Source: Octopus vulgaris (Eukaryota). Taken from it: 64,000 bases of DNA. Every line of letters begins with the position of its first letter. Within the stretch, counting starts at the first letter, position 1. Shown in pieces: positions 1 through 14,182 of this stretch. The stretch is taken from positions 49,352,001 to 49,416,000 of the forward strand of contig OX597826.1 in the NCBI GenBank assembly GCA_951406725.2, written 5' to 3'. Below the pieces are notes generated by a model. It was not told the DNA's origin and did no database searches. It saw only the letters and a list, made by a program, of their open reading frames with translations. The translations under genes were made by a program, and so were the position numbers.

Positions 1-1309
1 GAAATTATGCGTCTAAGTTAGCATTTTTGTATGTGTGTGCATGTGTATACATAGATGAATAGATATAAAATGAATATATCTGTGGTGTATGTGTGTGTAT
101 ATATATATCTTTTGTAAACAAAGTTCATGATATTATATGTGTCTTCGTGTGTGTGTGTGTGTGTATTAATCATGGGTCAGCTGGATTGTAGACAACCTAG
201 GGCTAAAAAATAATATATTTAACTCTTTCACTACCCTATTTCTGTAGAGATGCTTTGTGTTTCTTTCTATTAATTTTAAATGTAACAAAGAATTTAGTAA
301 ATTAAATTTATCTATCATTCTGCTAGTGTTAGGAACGTAAATTGTGACTAAGGTTTGGTGGAAGATTTTAATTTCATCTGGGTTGGTATCAAAGCGGTTA
401 GGCAGAGAAAAGTGGTCGAAACTTCCAAAATTCAAATGAAAAGAAACTGGTTAAATCGGTGATATTTTAAAGAAAAGTCAGGAGACCCTATTCAATAATG
501 TAATCCAAGGTACATCGCCTTTTCTCTCTAATGTCCACCCTTCCATGTTTGCAAGGGTCAGATGAAATTTACTGAGGCTGATTTTCCGCAGCCAAATACT
601 TTTCCTGTCCCCAACCCTCGCCTGTTTCCAAGAACGGTTATATTTCCCCATATTCTTCACAGAATACTGAGAAAGAATAACATTCACTCACAACAAGCTT
701 TTTTTCAGTTCCTGTCTACCAAATCTACTCAGCAAGGCCATAAGAATAGAAGGCACTTAGCCAAGGTGCCAAGCAGTGGGGTTGAACCCAAAACCATGTG
801 ATTGGGACACAAACTTCTTAACCACATGGCTATGGCTGTGCCATTCACACTATGTTTGAAAAGTAAGGCAGGGTGATCACAGCTGGAGCGCTTTTGATAA
901 TAAGTTTGCTTTATAACTGTTGCTTGTTAAGTCTTTCTTTCACCAGGCTTCATACAATTCTAATTACGCAAAGAGAGAAAACCCAGCTATCAGGCTTTTG
1001 TCTGCAGATACATGTACAGAGTTATATACATCTACACACATTGTGTACATGTGTATGTAGGTATACATATGCATATGTGTGTGTGTACGTGTGTGTGTGT
1101 ACACATGCATAATGAAAATCTTGTGCCAGTATGTTCATAGTAAAAATGGACATATTATTTTTAGATGAGGTCTACAGTTGAACAATGGGGCTTACATATT
1201 CAGCTGTGAACCAAACATACACAGATACAAACGTGATAACATTTGCTGTTACACACACTCATATGGTAGTGGTAAAGCAAAAATGTATATATGTAATGCA
1301 TAAAAGCTA

Positions 1310-1381
<72 letters not shown>

Positions 1382-1521
1382 TATGCTATATAGTATATAT
1401 GTATATATATATATATATAGCATATATACTATGTTAATATATATGTATATAAGGTAGGTAGTTAGAAAGATATGTATGTATATGGTTCGTATGCTGCCAA
1501 TTAAGACTGGGTTTTTGTCTC

Positions 1522-1584
<63 letters not shown>

Positions 1585-2102
1585 GTCTTTCCATGTTTTC
1601 CTTTCTCCATTGGACATTCAAAAGATGAATTAAACAGCCGAAAATAGCAAGACAGCATTCAGCTGCAGCACTACAGCGGAAATGTTGAAATTCCAAATGA
1701 ATCAAAATCTTTAAATGTCTGTCTCTCCTTCTCTCCCCTCTCTCTCACCCACTTTCTCCCCCCCCCCCAGTTGTTTTATACAACTATATAATATACACTA
1801 TCACATATAATTTCAAGAGTAACATGGCATTGGCAGGAATGGTAAGGTGCCAGACACCAAATGCTTTGCATACAACAGTATGTGCTTTCATTGTATGCTG
1901 TGAGTGGTGGAGGGGTTACAAGGGAAGATATAGTCTTTGTTTTGTCATTGCTTTCCAGTTGGTTGATGTGATGCAATAACTACCATTGACATTTTGGGGA
2001 GGAGAGGGCGGGCGGCGATAGAGATATCTAGTCTTAATTCTTGCCTGCGAGATCAACATCAATAATGTGTGTGTAAGAGAGAAAGAGAGAGTGGGAGAGG
2101 TC

Positions 2103-2528
2103 AGGTACAAGTGGGGCTAAATGGAGAAGAAGCTTGGTGGTTTTGAGTTCAGTCCTACTGTACAGCACCTTGGGCAAGTATCTTCTACTAAAGCCTCTGA
2201 CTGACCAAGCCCTTGTGAGTGTATTTTGGTAGATGGAAACTGAAAGAAGCCTGTCATATATATATACACATACACATATATATAGGTGCAGCTGAAAGAA
2301 GCCTGTCATATATATGTCTGTGTGTGTGTTTGTCCCATCCCCACACATTCGCTTGACAGCCAATGTTGGTGTGTTTACATCCCCATAACTTAGTAGTTCA
2401 GCAAAAAGAGACCAATTGAATAAGTACTAGGCTTACGAAGAATAAGTCTCAGGGTCGATTTGTTTGACTAAAGGCAGTGCTCCAGCATGGCCACAGTCAA
2501 ATGACTGAAACAAGCAAAAGAATAAGAG
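2103..2528 (+). mobile_element. SINE family A, degenerate
   Basis: Colinear with 46315-46719; CpG-decayed. Confidence 0.8.
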
Positions 2529-3130
2529 AATATTTATATATGTGTGTGTGTGTGTATGAGCATCCAGCCATAGAAACCATGTCGAACCAGACTGGAACTT
2601 AGTGTAGCTCTCTGGCTTACTGGTTCCAGTCAAATTATCTAACTCATGCCAGCATGGAAAGCGGCATGGTTGTAAATGAGCATCACTGTCATACAAGTGG
2701 TGGTGTTCTTTTCCAGTCATAAATGAAGAAGCATTTCTGGAAACAGGTGAGGATGGGTGACAGGAAGGGCATCCAGCTTTAGAAAAGCTGCCTCAACAAT
2801 TTCCATCTGACCCATACAAGCATGGAAAAGTGGGTATTAAAGCAATGATGGAAGTTCAATAAAATAGTACTGGGACCAATGCATTCGAATTGCCTTAGAG
2901 AGGGTGGTGCTGCAGCATGGCCATGAATTCTTGATAAACCTTCTGGTTCAGCAAATTAATGGAAATTTATGTGATTATGATTTGTAGTTGACTCTGGTTT
3001 TGAATTATTTTGCAGAGATTAGTGGAAGCTTATGTATGTATGTATGTATGTATATATATATACAGAACACCATGTTGGATCGTTAGCCCCTACATGCAAT
3101 TTTTTTCTCTCCTTGTTTTTTTTCTGTGTA

Positions 3131-3168
3131 TCTTTCTGTCGAAGAGCGTAGGCTCGAAACGTAAAAGA
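3131..3168 (+). ncRNA. Minimal type-I hammerhead-like motif (CUGUCGA core variant) in a (TA)n-flanked repeat (3062-3265)
   Basis: tcttt-CTGTCGA-A-GAGC gtag GCTC-GAA-ACGT-A-aaaga: stem I 5 bp, stem II 4 bp, palindromic stem III. Confidence 0.55.
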
Positions 3169-3511
3169 CTTGTTTTATTTCTATTCCTGAGCGCCATACT
3201 AATACATTATTTGTTTGAACTCCACCTGCCTTCGTCTTTTGTTTATTTTCGTAAACCTTCCGTTATATATATATATATTTATATATATATACAGGGTTGG
3301 GCAAAAGTAAGTGAAAACCATTTAATTCCAAGATTAAAATGAAATTATTTTATTAGAGATTTCGCTAATAAATAGACAAATGTTGAAAAAAAGACGATGA
3401 TTTTGACTCACAGCGTTCAATTATTAAACATTCATAACTAGAATGAATAAATAAAATTGAATATTAAGGGTTTATGGAATTTTGATTTACTGTCGGGTGA
3501 CTATTGACCAA

Positions 3512-3556
<45 letters not shown>

Positions 3557-6220
3557 AATGTTTGTGTGTGCATACATTCATACATACACACAAGTATATT
3601 CAAGTGTGATTTTGTACATATTTTACACATAAGTATATCTTGGTGTATGTGTGTGTGTATTTATATATGATTATTTATGAGAAGGCATTTATTTCTTATG
3701 TACCCAATACACGCGTATATGCACAGAGATGGACACACAAACACACACACATACATAGATGGATAGATAGATAGATATACAGACACATCTTATATAGAGT
3801 AATATATTAAATGCTATTAATAACAGAACAGAATTTTTTTCATTTTCCTTTTTATCATCTCTATTTTTTTTTCCTTCACAAACTTCAATAGGGAAATGAT
3901 CCTATGTGTTACATTTTTGGCACAAGAATTACAGCTTGATATTTGGTTTGAATTTCAACAGGGGTCCTCCCCAGGTGGCCATCCAATTATGTGGAATGTC
4001 ACAAACAGATAGTTCCTTGCACTATAGCAAACTTATGTCCTTGACCCCACGGCTTTTGTTTGCCTGATTAACCAATAGAAATCACAGCAACTTACATTTT
4101 TCCTGTCCTTTTTGTTTTGTTTTGTAGATTTTTTTATTTTTAAGTGGTGTGATTTGATGTGGTTGGGGCAGAAAGATGAAGAAATCAATAGTGAAATATG
4201 TCTTCTGATATTATTTTAAAGAAATATATATAAATTTAAGGAAGAAAAAGAAAAGATTTATTTATTTATTTATTTATTTATCTAATTATTATTATTTACT
4301 TTTTATGTGTTGTTTTAAATTTCTTAATTTTATTTCGTTCCATTATATTTCATCTCATCAACAATTGAAGCATTGCAAAACAGACTGAGGGCTTTGGGCT
4401 TGCACCCACCGACTAAAATTAAATAGTTCTTTATAATTAGCATGTGTGTGTTGTTGACTGTTTAATATGTAAATAGTTTCTGGTTTTAGGTACAGGGTTT
4501 GCAGTTTTGAGGGGAAAGCAGGCTTAGTTGATTCCATCAACCACAGTACTCAACTGCGTTCTTCGTTGTCTCCAAAACGGAACTGAAATAAAGGCAATAT
4601 ATTTCAGAAGGAATATGGCAACAAAAGGGTTAAAGGAAGCTGAAGAATGTAGCTTACCATTTCTGATTAGTATGAAATATATCTTGTTTTAAATTAAAAA
4701 TGCCCTCTGAAATTGCATGTTAATTCATGTTCCAAATACAAGGCTTCATAAAAACAAAATTAATTGAAATAGGAAGTATGGCAACAGAAGGGTTAACAAA
4801 TTCAAGTTTTGGGAATTTTTCTTTGTGTGTGTATGTGTGTTGTTTTTTTTATAGAAAAATATAAAATTTTTCAGGTTACTATATAATTGTAGTAAATTCT
4901 GAGCAGTCAATTATTTCTTCTGTCAAATTACATTGTAAAATAGCCAAGATTTTGTAATTTTCTGATTCGCATTTTCTTTAACTTTTTCTTTTTCTTATAT
5001 ATTTTCTTTCCACAAAACTGGCATTAATATACATTGATATGGTCACATATTTTGTAAAAATGCCACAACTGATTCTGCAAAATTAAAATTATATACCTGG
5101 TCTTAATGTTAATCAAACTATGTGCATAGTTATTCTCAACATGGTTCCTGCAAATGAGCCAAGTGTAAAGAATTGGCGAGGAAGTCTTGAGTGATATCAT
5201 CAACATTTCATGCCTACCTTCCATACTGGAATTGGTAGGACAGTTTGACAAAATTGAATGGGTTGGTGAAGCATGTCTTAAACCAGCCTCACTTCCAATA
5301 TGGTTACCATTTTTGGCTGGATGCCCTTCCTAGCACCATTCACTTCACACACACACACACACAGCCTGAGGTTATTTGCCCAAGGTGCCACGTAGTGTGA
5401 CTGAACCTGGAACCCTGTGGTTGGAAAGCAAGCTTCTTACCACACAACCACACCTGCACCTAAAAGATAAAAATAAAATAAAATAATATACCCTTATTGT
5501 AACAGAGCACTCAATCTTATTTCTTAAATAGGGGCAACACTCAATTATATGTCCCTCTTTCACCCCGTCCCCCACCCCAGTAAACGTTTGTGTTCTTTGT
5601 TGCTGTTCATTTTAAATTACTCCCTCCCTCCACACACATACCTATATCCATCTTCAGATTCCGTAGAAGGTAGTCCTGTCTATATTACATACCAAACATC
5701 TCTGCCATTTAAAATTAAACCAAATCAATATATTTCTAAATCCCTGTAGACAACAACTTATTATTTATGGCTAGCTTCCCCTTTTATTTCGATTTATCTC
5801 CATATTTTATATGTTAATTGTGTTGTTGTTGTTGTTGGCGGTGGTGCTACTGCTGTTGTTGTTGTTGTTGTTGTTTGATATGATTTTGTTAAAAACATGC
5901 TAAATCAAAAAAACATGTTTTGTGTTTTCCTTGTTAATTTTTAGATTTTTTTTTTCTCTTCGTGATTTAAGCGTGCTTCACTAAGTAGAGGAGAAAAACC
6001 ACATCATCATTATCATCATGTCTATGATGGTGATGATGATGATGATGATGATGATTTAATAAATATATAACATAAATAAATAAATATGAGAGCATTTAAC
6101 ACCAGAGAATAAAGACAAACATACTTATACATATACACTCAACTTATATATATATAATGTATATATTTATGTATGTATAATATACATGTGTTTCTAAGCA
6201 TAAATAGAATTGTCTACACA

Positions 6221-6259
<39 letters not shown>

Positions 6260-6758
6260 ACACACACACACATGCATGTATGGACACAATCCTATTTATG
6301 CTTGGGGATATATTATATATATATATATGTACACACACACACACATAGGTATATACATACTCTTTAAAATGTTTATCAAATACATATACTTACACACTCA
6401 GATACTTATAGATAGGTAGATTGGCACACACACACACACATATATGTATATATATATATATATATCATGCATGCACACGCACATACATTTGTATATAAAT
6501 ATATGTATAATAAACTGATACATATATATACCCTCTTATTTATTGATGTGTTTATATAGGCATTTGCTATATATGTACAGATATTGTATTTTATATTCCA
6601 CCTAGTGGCTGAGAAAGGAGTTGAAAGTTTTTTGAAGGGGTTTTTTTTTATCAACCTTCATATCTTTAAGTGATTGAAATATAAAACATGTCTTTAGTGG
6701 TATTTATGTAGATACATACATACATAGTGGAACAAACATATGCATTTGTGTATGTATG

Positions 6759-6809
<51 letters not shown>

Positions 6810-7093
6810 TCCTCTGTGTGTGTGTGTATTCATTACTCTTAAGCAAGTATGCTCATGACAGTGACTCCAAAGCTTTGAGCCAGCTGATCCATCATTGGTC
6901 TGCGATGCATTGGAGTTAACTCGGCAGAGACTATATAAAAGCAAGATTAACTCTAATGTACTGCAGATTAACAATGGCTTAGCTGGCTGGAACTTCGAAA
7001 TCACTATATGATAAATTTGTAATCTGCAAAAGTATTGAGTAATCCATCAGATTGATGTAAAATTGTCTCTATTACAACTGAAAATTATATGTA

Positions 7094-7393
7094 TGTTTCA
7101 GTCATTTGACTGTGGCCATGCTGGAGCACCGCCTTTAGTCGAGCAAATCGACCCCAGGACTTCGTAAGCCTAGTACTTGTTCTATCTGTCTCTTTTGCTG
7201 AACCACTAAGTTACGGAGACGTAAACACACCAGCTTCGGTTGTCAAGCAATGTCTACCATATCCACTCACAAGGCTTTGGTTGGCCCAAGGCTAAAATAA
7301 AAGGCACTTGCCCCAGATACCATGCAGTGGGACTGAACCCAGAACCATGTGGTTGGTAAGCAAGCTACTCACCACACAGCCACTCCTGTGCCT
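7094..7393 (-). mobile_element. SINE family A, internally deleted
   Basis: Reverse-complement match to both head and tail. Confidence 0.85.
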
Positions 7394-10112
7394 GTATATA
7401 TATATATATATATAAATTAAATAATGAGGGTAGAAATTAATATTAAACAATTAATATCAATTTAAACCAGTGGCTTGTAATATGATTTATATATATGGTT
7501 CTACCTTTTTTCAATCTTCTAAATACTTACATATCTGGGTATTTAGAATCCACAGATATATGCAAGTAGATAGGTAGGTAGGTAGATATGCATTCCTTCT
7601 ATGTTTGATTTCATTTCTTTTTTTTTTCTCATTTCACATGTTCCCACACTTCACCACCCACTTAGTGTTTTAATATAATCTGTAAGCAATAAACTTCCTT
7701 CTCTATAATGTTTACAACATTGTGACATTCCATTCATGGCCTCAACTGACCATTTTTTTTCTCCCCCCCCCCCCTCTTGTCATTGATCAGCTCTAATGCT
7801 CTGGAACACCTGAGAGAATACTTTTTTTCCCTTTTTGTCTTTGGGTTTTCTTGTCTAAATGAATCTTCCAATGTGCCATTCCTATCTGACTTTAGTTTCC
7901 ATTTCATGTATTCCTCAGATACTTATTCTTGGAATCATTTTTTTTTTTTTAGAAATTTCAATTTTTTTAATAGTTCAGAGTTTCTTACTTTTTTTAAAGA
8001 AAAACTCATTTAATAACTATATTTTATTACATTAAGATAAGTATGCATGTGAATGTATGTCTATATGTGCATGTGTGTGTGTGTACACATGGAAAGAAAT
8101 TCTGCCTTGATGCTAAATTCCAATTTTTCTATAAAAAATGAAAGATTGAGTCTGATTTATTGAAATTTTTAGAAAAAAATCTTCAAATTCAGCCACTGAA
8201 ATCTTCATTTTATTTATTTATTTTTTTTTTGTATTAGGGGTGGAAGGGTTGGGTAGGGTGGGATTGGTTTACTTTATTTAATTTATTTACTTATTTATTT
8301 CATTTCTATAAAAGTAAAGCATTTATTCCTCTGCAAGTTGCTGGATTTGTAACCAAGTTTCATTCTCACTTGAAGCTATTCCCCCCCACACACACACATA
8401 CCTTCCACACTTTATTTTATTTAATTTATGCCCCTGTGCCATTGAGGAACTTATCCCCTCTCCTCACAGCTCTCGTCTAAAATACATTGACAAGATATGT
8501 GACAGTCTTTGTGCATTAGTCCAGAAAATGCAAATCAATATTTCCTCGTTCACAGTTTTGAACCAAAGAATGGATATTAGAAACAGAATAAAAATTATTA
8601 GGAATTCAGTAAAATAACTTGTTTTGGAACATAAATTAATACGAAATCTTAATGAAGGATTTCAATTCAGATCATTTTTAAAAGAGAAAGTTTGTTTCAA
8701 AGAAGGCAAGAAAGGATTTAAGTGATCTAACCAAAATGGTTAAAATAACTGGGTAGACAAAGTGTACCAGGAATTATTTTGTAGTTCCTTCTGTTTTTGC
8801 AATGTCAAATGATTCCAAGAATCAACTTCTTTGCTATTTTCCTGTGGTGATGGTAAAGATGGGTGGTAGAGTGAATTGGTAGAGGTTTTAGAATTAGTGT
8901 AAAAACAGTAGCTGTTTCAGTTTTCTATAACAAACTTCTCCCTGTTCCATACTTAGATAAAAAAAAAAAAAGAAAGAAAAAAATTGAAATCTTTATTTAT
9001 TAAATATTATCTAGTTTTATCAAAGTTAAACTTCAAATAACAGCTTATCTTTAAATGTAAGCTTTACTCTGATCCCATGCTTTAGATTAAAAGATTACTG
9101 AGAAACGGAAGCCTTCTTTATGGTTATCGCAGCTTTTGGATTCTTGACTATTGCACAATCTTCAACCTTGGAATCATAACCCCTTTTAAAGCATAAGCAC
9201 GTGGCTTAGTGGTTAGGGTGTTGCACTGATGATCATAAGATTGTGGTTTCAATTCCTGGACCGGGTGATGCATTGTATTTTTCCGCAAAACATTTCACTT
9301 CATGTTGCTCTGGTGCACTCAGCTGGAAAAAGCAAGTATCCCTGCGATGGACCAGCATCCCATCCAGGGGGTAGTATATACATGACAAGAACCAGGAAAC
9401 TGGCTCTATAAATTTATATAACTCAGGACTGAACTTTAGCAGCTTTATATATATATATATATATATATTACATATGTGTGTATGTATATGCATGCACACA
9501 TTCACATGCACACAAAATCACCTTGTGTTGTTTCCAATACTAACATCCATAGTTTTACTGGTTCATCTTAAGGACAGCTGAGTTAAATAGTGAGGTGGTG
9601 GTGGGGTGGGGTGGGGATTGGAGGATGGAGGGTAGGAGAGAATTGCCACCCTAATATAACAGGAAGCATAGTTCTTTATAAATTTGCCACCCCACCAACC
9701 ACTTCATCTCAATGCTTTCCCCCTCGTGGCAAAAGTAAAAATGAAAGAGAAAAAGCGGGGGTGGGGGGAAGAGCAGAGTTGTGTGCGAATGGCCAATTTC
9801 ATTTCCTCCCTTTCTTTTACGTTGAAAAACAACAAAAAAAAGAGTAAGAAACGTTTACATCATCACATTGAGGACTAGAAGAATAAGCAGCGAAGAACTT
9901 TTGGAATAACCGGATGTGGTTTATCATACAAAAGACGTTCTGCAAAGCAAAATTGTTTATTCAAAATGAAATTATACTATAAACAGTTATTAAATACTGC
10001 TGCTGTTGCTCTTGCTATTGTCATCATTGTTGTTGCTGTTGTTGTTGTTGCTGCCACTGGTGAGATTTGAGACTTCAAACTCCAGCAGATTTCATCATCA
10101 CAAATTTTACAT

Positions 10113-10149
<37 letters not shown>

Positions 10150-10182
10150 CTTTTTTTATTAAAGTTGCAAAAACATCACAAA

Positions 10183-10224
10183 AACTGTTACTTAGAGTTT
10201 CACGTTCCCATTCCTAAGACAGTT
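10183..10224 (-). ncRNA. Degenerate hammerhead-like motif, same family as 22755-22792
   Basis: Minus strand aactgt-CTTAGGA-ATG GGAA CGT-GAA-ACTCTAAGT-A-acagtt; G5 is mutated. Confidence 0.5.
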
Positions 10225-10726
10225 GTGATCAAGACTTTAATAAAAAAAAGTATATTACTCTACCTTCAGTATTCGAGTACTATTTTTCCACCTTGTTTTG
10301 CATTTATGCACTTACTCACGTCTGTGTGTGTTAGTCTTTACAAGGGAAAGGTTGATAGTAACTCTGAAGTTTCTGATTGCTTGCTTTTATCACTCTGTTT
10401 GAGTAGAACAAACAAGCTGAAATTCCCAAATTACAATCAACCATTTCCTTGTAAAAAGTTAATTAATATGTATTGTAAAAAAGTATATAAGTTCAAATTT
10501 ACAGAAAACAAAAGAAGGAAACAGGTAAAGGAACAACAAACAGGTGTATTAGTTTGATGCTCAGGAAGAATGGAAAAGTCTTTGATGTTTCAAGCCTACA
10601 TTCTTATATAGTTTTATACAACAAACACGTGTTTCAGTAAAATGCCAAAAGAATTGTATAACAAGTAGAGACATTACATAATCATGCATTTCACCTCATC
10701 GGTATCTTGTTACGTGTGTGTGTGCG

Positions 10727-10762
<36 letters not shown>

Positions 10763-12033
10763 ATAAGTGATTATCCAATCAAAACTTGAATTGAAGATAG
10801 CTTGCATCTAACTTAACGAACGACACTACATCATACCAGGTAGAGTAGCTAAATAAAAAAAACTTTAAACAGTTGAATTGAAGGATACTAAAGTAAAGAC
10901 CCTGAAGAAACGGCACCAGTATAATAGGAGGGTTGCAATTGCAACAGTTACTAATCAGTGCAGTTAAAACATGTATACACCTATGTAAAGCTGCATGTAT
11001 GTCTATGTATATATATATATATATACACACACATATTCATTCACATTTCTATATCCTCTTTCTCTCGTATGCCAGCAAGGGCTTTGATCTATGTCCAAGT
11101 CTTCACCTAAAGCCTTGTCTGTCTTTGGTCTCTAATAGGTTATCATTGTAAAGCCAACACCTCCTCTTTTAATTTCTTTAACAGAATCCACAATTATTCA
11201 ACCCAGAACCCCACTTATTTTCCTCCCTTCCATTAATCTCAGAGGTTATGAGATATGCCCTTTACCCTGGTGATGTGATTGATTCTTCAGTAATATAGTA
11301 GATCAGAGGTCGTATTTTAAATGCCAGTTTGAAAGGCTATTTGTGGTAGAACTAGATCAGTATCTTGGCTGGGTTGGTATTGGAAGGATATACCAAGTTG
11401 TGCATGTCTATTATATTTTGGTGGTGCAGTCATTTCTGAGTTCTTCCCAAAGATATTGTTAACTATGCTGGTCTTGTTACTTTTAGGTGTTTTGTTGGAA
11501 TTTGTTTTTTTCCTAAGTTTATTTTTTTACCATTTCTTTAGAATTACATATGCGTGTATGTGTGTATGTAAATATAAGTATATATATATATGTGTGTGTG
11601 TGTGTGTGAGTATATATATAAAAATATATTTATGTGTGTATGAGGTAAGTTTTGCCTTATCCACGTTGATAAAAGGCTGTCTACACAATCTATGACATAA
11701 ACACTTCTCTAACACACACATTCTCTCTCCCTTTGAAGAGTTTTTCTTATACACTGTGTGTGTGTGTTTGTGTGTAACTTTACATTTCCCTTTTGTTTTA
11801 ATGAAGCCAGCTGTTCAACACAAATGGGTTGCAATTTCTGGTAAAAAAATTTTTGTCTAACTTTTTTTTTTCATAATTTATTTAATTCTTTTTTTTAACA
11901 CAACATGAAAATAAAAAGACTTCACTCAGAGGTCTTTTGATGTTATTAAAAATAAACAATTTGATTATGCTTGTCCAGCTGACAGCTTCCAAAGTTCAAA
12001 CCAAGCCTTCTCCTCTGTTAAATGAGAGGATTT

Positions 12034-12423
<390 letters not shown>

Positions 12424-14142
12424 TGTGAATAATGACCAAAGACATAAGATCAAGCAGTCTTTTAACTAACAAAAGGAGGTAGAACAAAGATATCAGATAT
12501 CACGTTTGTTCTGTTTATTATCTTAGCCATCATCAGTAATCTGAATAACGATATCCCCTAATATATCACTGCTATTAACTGCTCACCACATAACCAATGA
12601 GGTTTGATATTACCTCAAATGGAATTTATTCTTATAGAACATCTCAAAGACTGTTGGAGAGCACCACTAAAGACCTCCATCTCTGCCTTTTGGTACTATA
12701 GTTCCAAATTCCAACTTTAAAGAGATCTAAATTGAAACGTTCCATCAAAATTTCATGTTAATCTGTTCCAAATGAAACAATTTCTGGATGTGTTGTTTGG
12801 TGTGTATATATGTGGAGGCGCAATGGCCCAGTGGTTAGGGCGGCGGAAAGTAATTGAAACAAATGTAATATTTTTCAATATAAATTTGGTAACAAAAGTG
12901 TTAAAATCTGGTTTGTGATATTCAACAAATAACAAGGATGGAATACAATGCCAGGTGAATTTTTAAATTTTTTCCAAGGGTTTCCTATTTATTCTTGATC
13001 CCTCAGTGAAGACATGAACCAAAAAAGGGTTTTCTTCCTGATTGTTTAAACTGCTAGAAATAATAGCCAAGTCTCTTCTTCAATTCAAACCATAGCATCT
13101 TTAGAAGTCCACAGTGCATTGCTTGGAAACTAGATGAGATATTGTGGCTGACATGCCTTTCACCATAGGGCTGCTTAATGAGGGTTGGCCTGGGGATAAG
13201 TATGAACTATAATCTCTGCCCATATAGACATCATCCTTGTGGATGATCACAGGCATCGTTTTCAAATGATCTGGTATTTGGTCCTTTTCTGACCAGTAAA
13301 TATTAGAATTTCATTTTACCCCATATGTTCAACATCGGAGCTTTGTATCACTGACCACAGCAATGAGCTGCAGAACTTACTATAAGGAAAACTTCTCTAC
13401 ATGCATGCAAAAGGGACCCTTACAATGGATTAAAATCTAATGTATAGTGTTAATGCACTCAGCCATTAATCCATTAATTCCATCACCATTATTATTCAGT
13501 CTTGAGCAGAAAAATATTCTTCGTAAATATTCTATAATAACAAACAGTGAAATCAGTTAAAACTCAGACTGTAATCTTTATAATAGCAAAGCAGAATGCA
13601 GGGTTCTCTTTCTTTATATTCTGTTTCTTAAAAAACTTTTCTTTTTTTTTTTTTGCTCAGATGTGGGCCTTTAGTGATGTTTTCTTTGGCGCTGGTTCAG
13701 CAACACACAGACATATGCAAGCAAACACACACACACTGATATCCATGCATGCACACAGACTTTCCACACACATCCCCTGCAGTAACACGGAGAGTTAATG
13801 TATTTTTTGTCAACATCATATTTTTACATAAATGACTTTTTTGTGTGTGTTTCAAGAGATAAAAATCAACTCCTGGGCTTCCAGAAACTTCCGGCATTTG
13901 GGAGGGTCGGCGGTTGGGGGAGGCTGGTGGATGGAGGAAGAGTTGAAGAATGAGGGAGGAAGAAAAATAGGGAAGATAGTAGCAAGGGAAGTTGCTTATT
14001 GATAATAAGGAAGGCTAACTGCACATACACACATGTATGTATACATAAGAATATATACACTTAAAGAATGCGTGTACAAGCATGTATATATGTATGTTTA
14101 AGTTTATATATATCAACTCTGAACATTTGTTTGTTGGTTGGT

Positions 14143-14182
<40 letters not shown>

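Noticed and set aside
3950-4070. tttcaacag followed by complex sequence as an upstream SoxD exon
   Set aside because: All frames reach stops without a convincing donor, and there is no coiled-coil or Q-rich SoxD similarity.
9595-9635. G-run cluster as a G-quadruplex element
   Set aside because: Such G-rich patches are common low-complexity sequence here; there is no further support.
12500-12540. Minus-strand CTGATGA (similar isolated cores at 9226, 10912, 49158 and 55815)
   Set aside because: No matching stem II/GAAA/stem III could be fitted; an isolated 7-mer is expected by chance.
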